Positions 62,815 to 64,000 of a stretch of 64,000 nt of DNA are shown one piece after another. This stretch comes from Squalus acanthias (lineage: Eukaryota): positions 148,802,001 to 148,866,000 of the forward strand of contig CM059432.1 of NCBI GenBank assembly GCA_030390025.1, read 5' to 3'. The number at the start of each line of letters is the position of its first letter. Position 1 is the first letter of the stretch. A program made the position numbers and the translations under genes. Below the pieces are notes generated by a model, which was given only the letters and a program-made list of their open reading frames with translations, was not told where the DNA came from and did no database searches.

Positions 62815-64000
62815 TAGAATCATAGAATAGTGCAGCACAGGAGGCCGCCATTCGGCCCATCGAGTCTGCGCCGGCTCTTTCGAAGAGCAATCCAGTTAGT
62901 CCCACTCCCCCGCTCTTTCCCCATATCCCTGCAATTTTTTCTCCTTCAAGTATTTATCCAATTTCCTTTTGAAGGCTACCATTGAATCTGTATCCACCAC
63001 CCTATCAGGCAAGCGCATTCCAAATCCTAACCACTCGCTGCATAAAAAAAGTTTTCCTCCTGTCGCCTCTGGTTCGTTTGCCAATCACCTTAAATCTGTG
63101 TCCTCTCGTTATCGAGCCTTCAGCCATTGAAAGCAGTTTCTCCCTATTTACTCTATCTAAATCTTTCATGATTTTAAACACCTCTATCAAATCTCCTCTT
63201 TGCCTTCTCTGCTCTAAGGAGAACAACTCCAGCTTCTCCAAGTCTATGCACATAACTGTAATCCCTCATCCCTGGAACCACTCTCGTAAATCACTTCTGT
63301 ACCCTCTCCAAAGCCTTGACGTCCTTCCTAAAGTGTGGTGTCCAGAATTGGACACAAGACTCCAGCTGGGGCCGAACTAGTCTTTTATAAAGGTTTAGCA
63401 TCACTTCCTGGCTTTTGCACTCTATGCCTCTATTTATAAAGCCCAGAATCCCATATGCTTTATTAACTGCTTTGTTAACTTGTCCTGCCACCTTCAAAGA
63501 TTTTTGCACAAGCACCCCCAAGGTTTCTCTCTTCTTGTACCCTCTTTAAAATTGTACCATTTAGCATGCATTATCTCTCCTTATTCTTTCTACCAAAATG
63601 GATCACCTCACACTTTTCGACATTGAATTTCATCTGCCACGTGTCCACCCATTCCACCAGCCTGTCTATGGCTTCTTGAAGTCTACTGCTATCTTCCTCA
63701 ATGTTTACTACACTTTGAAGTTTCATGTCATCTGCAAATTTTGAAATTGTGCCCTGTATCCCCAAATCCAAGTCATTAATGTACATCAAAAACAGCAGTG
63801 GTCCTAGTACTGAACCGTGGGAACTCCACTGTATACCTCCCTCCAGTTCAAAAAACAGCCATTCACCCAACTCTTGGTTTTCTATCCCTTAACCAATTTT
63901 ATATCCATGCTGCTACTGCCCTTTTTATCCCATGTGCTTCAATTTTGCTAACAAATCTAATATGTGGTACTTGATCAACTGCACTGCCCTCATCAAGCCT
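62815..64000 (-). mobile_element. CR1 LINE 3' portion
   Basis: [62 protein letters not shown]; tail (GATTCTAT)n. Confidence 0.92.

Overview
Vertebrate genomic DNA, almost certainly from a cartilaginous fish (shark): it carries HE1-type V-SINEs, SacSINE1-like Deu-SINEs and abundant CR1/HER1-like LINE debris. It is not prokaryotic, and nearly all ORFs in the supplied track are repeat artefacts. Two host genes lie on the minus strand in the same order as in human: the 3' end of GOLGA4 (alternative cassette exon YPSPRTGIF* at 57107-57170; last exon TWLR* from 47337 with 3'UTR) and ITGA9 exons 1-3 (17930-17755, 17190-17063, 4079-3973). The rest is densely nested transposon debris: two decayed two-gene PIF/Harbinger transposons plus a derivative and MITEs, a ~4.8 kb Tx1-clade LINE, CR1 and RTE-X-like LINE fragments, several SINE families, hAT and Tc1/mariner MITEs, two minisatellites, and Penelope-like elements (PLEs) carrying minimal hammerhead ribozyme motifs. 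The most unusual observation is that two different fold-back PLE insertions, in opposite orientations, sit at the same nucleotide of two Deu-SINE copies, each with a 14-bp target-site duplication. Family names come from recall, not database searches. Repeat boundaries are approximate unless a TSD or TIR is quoted.
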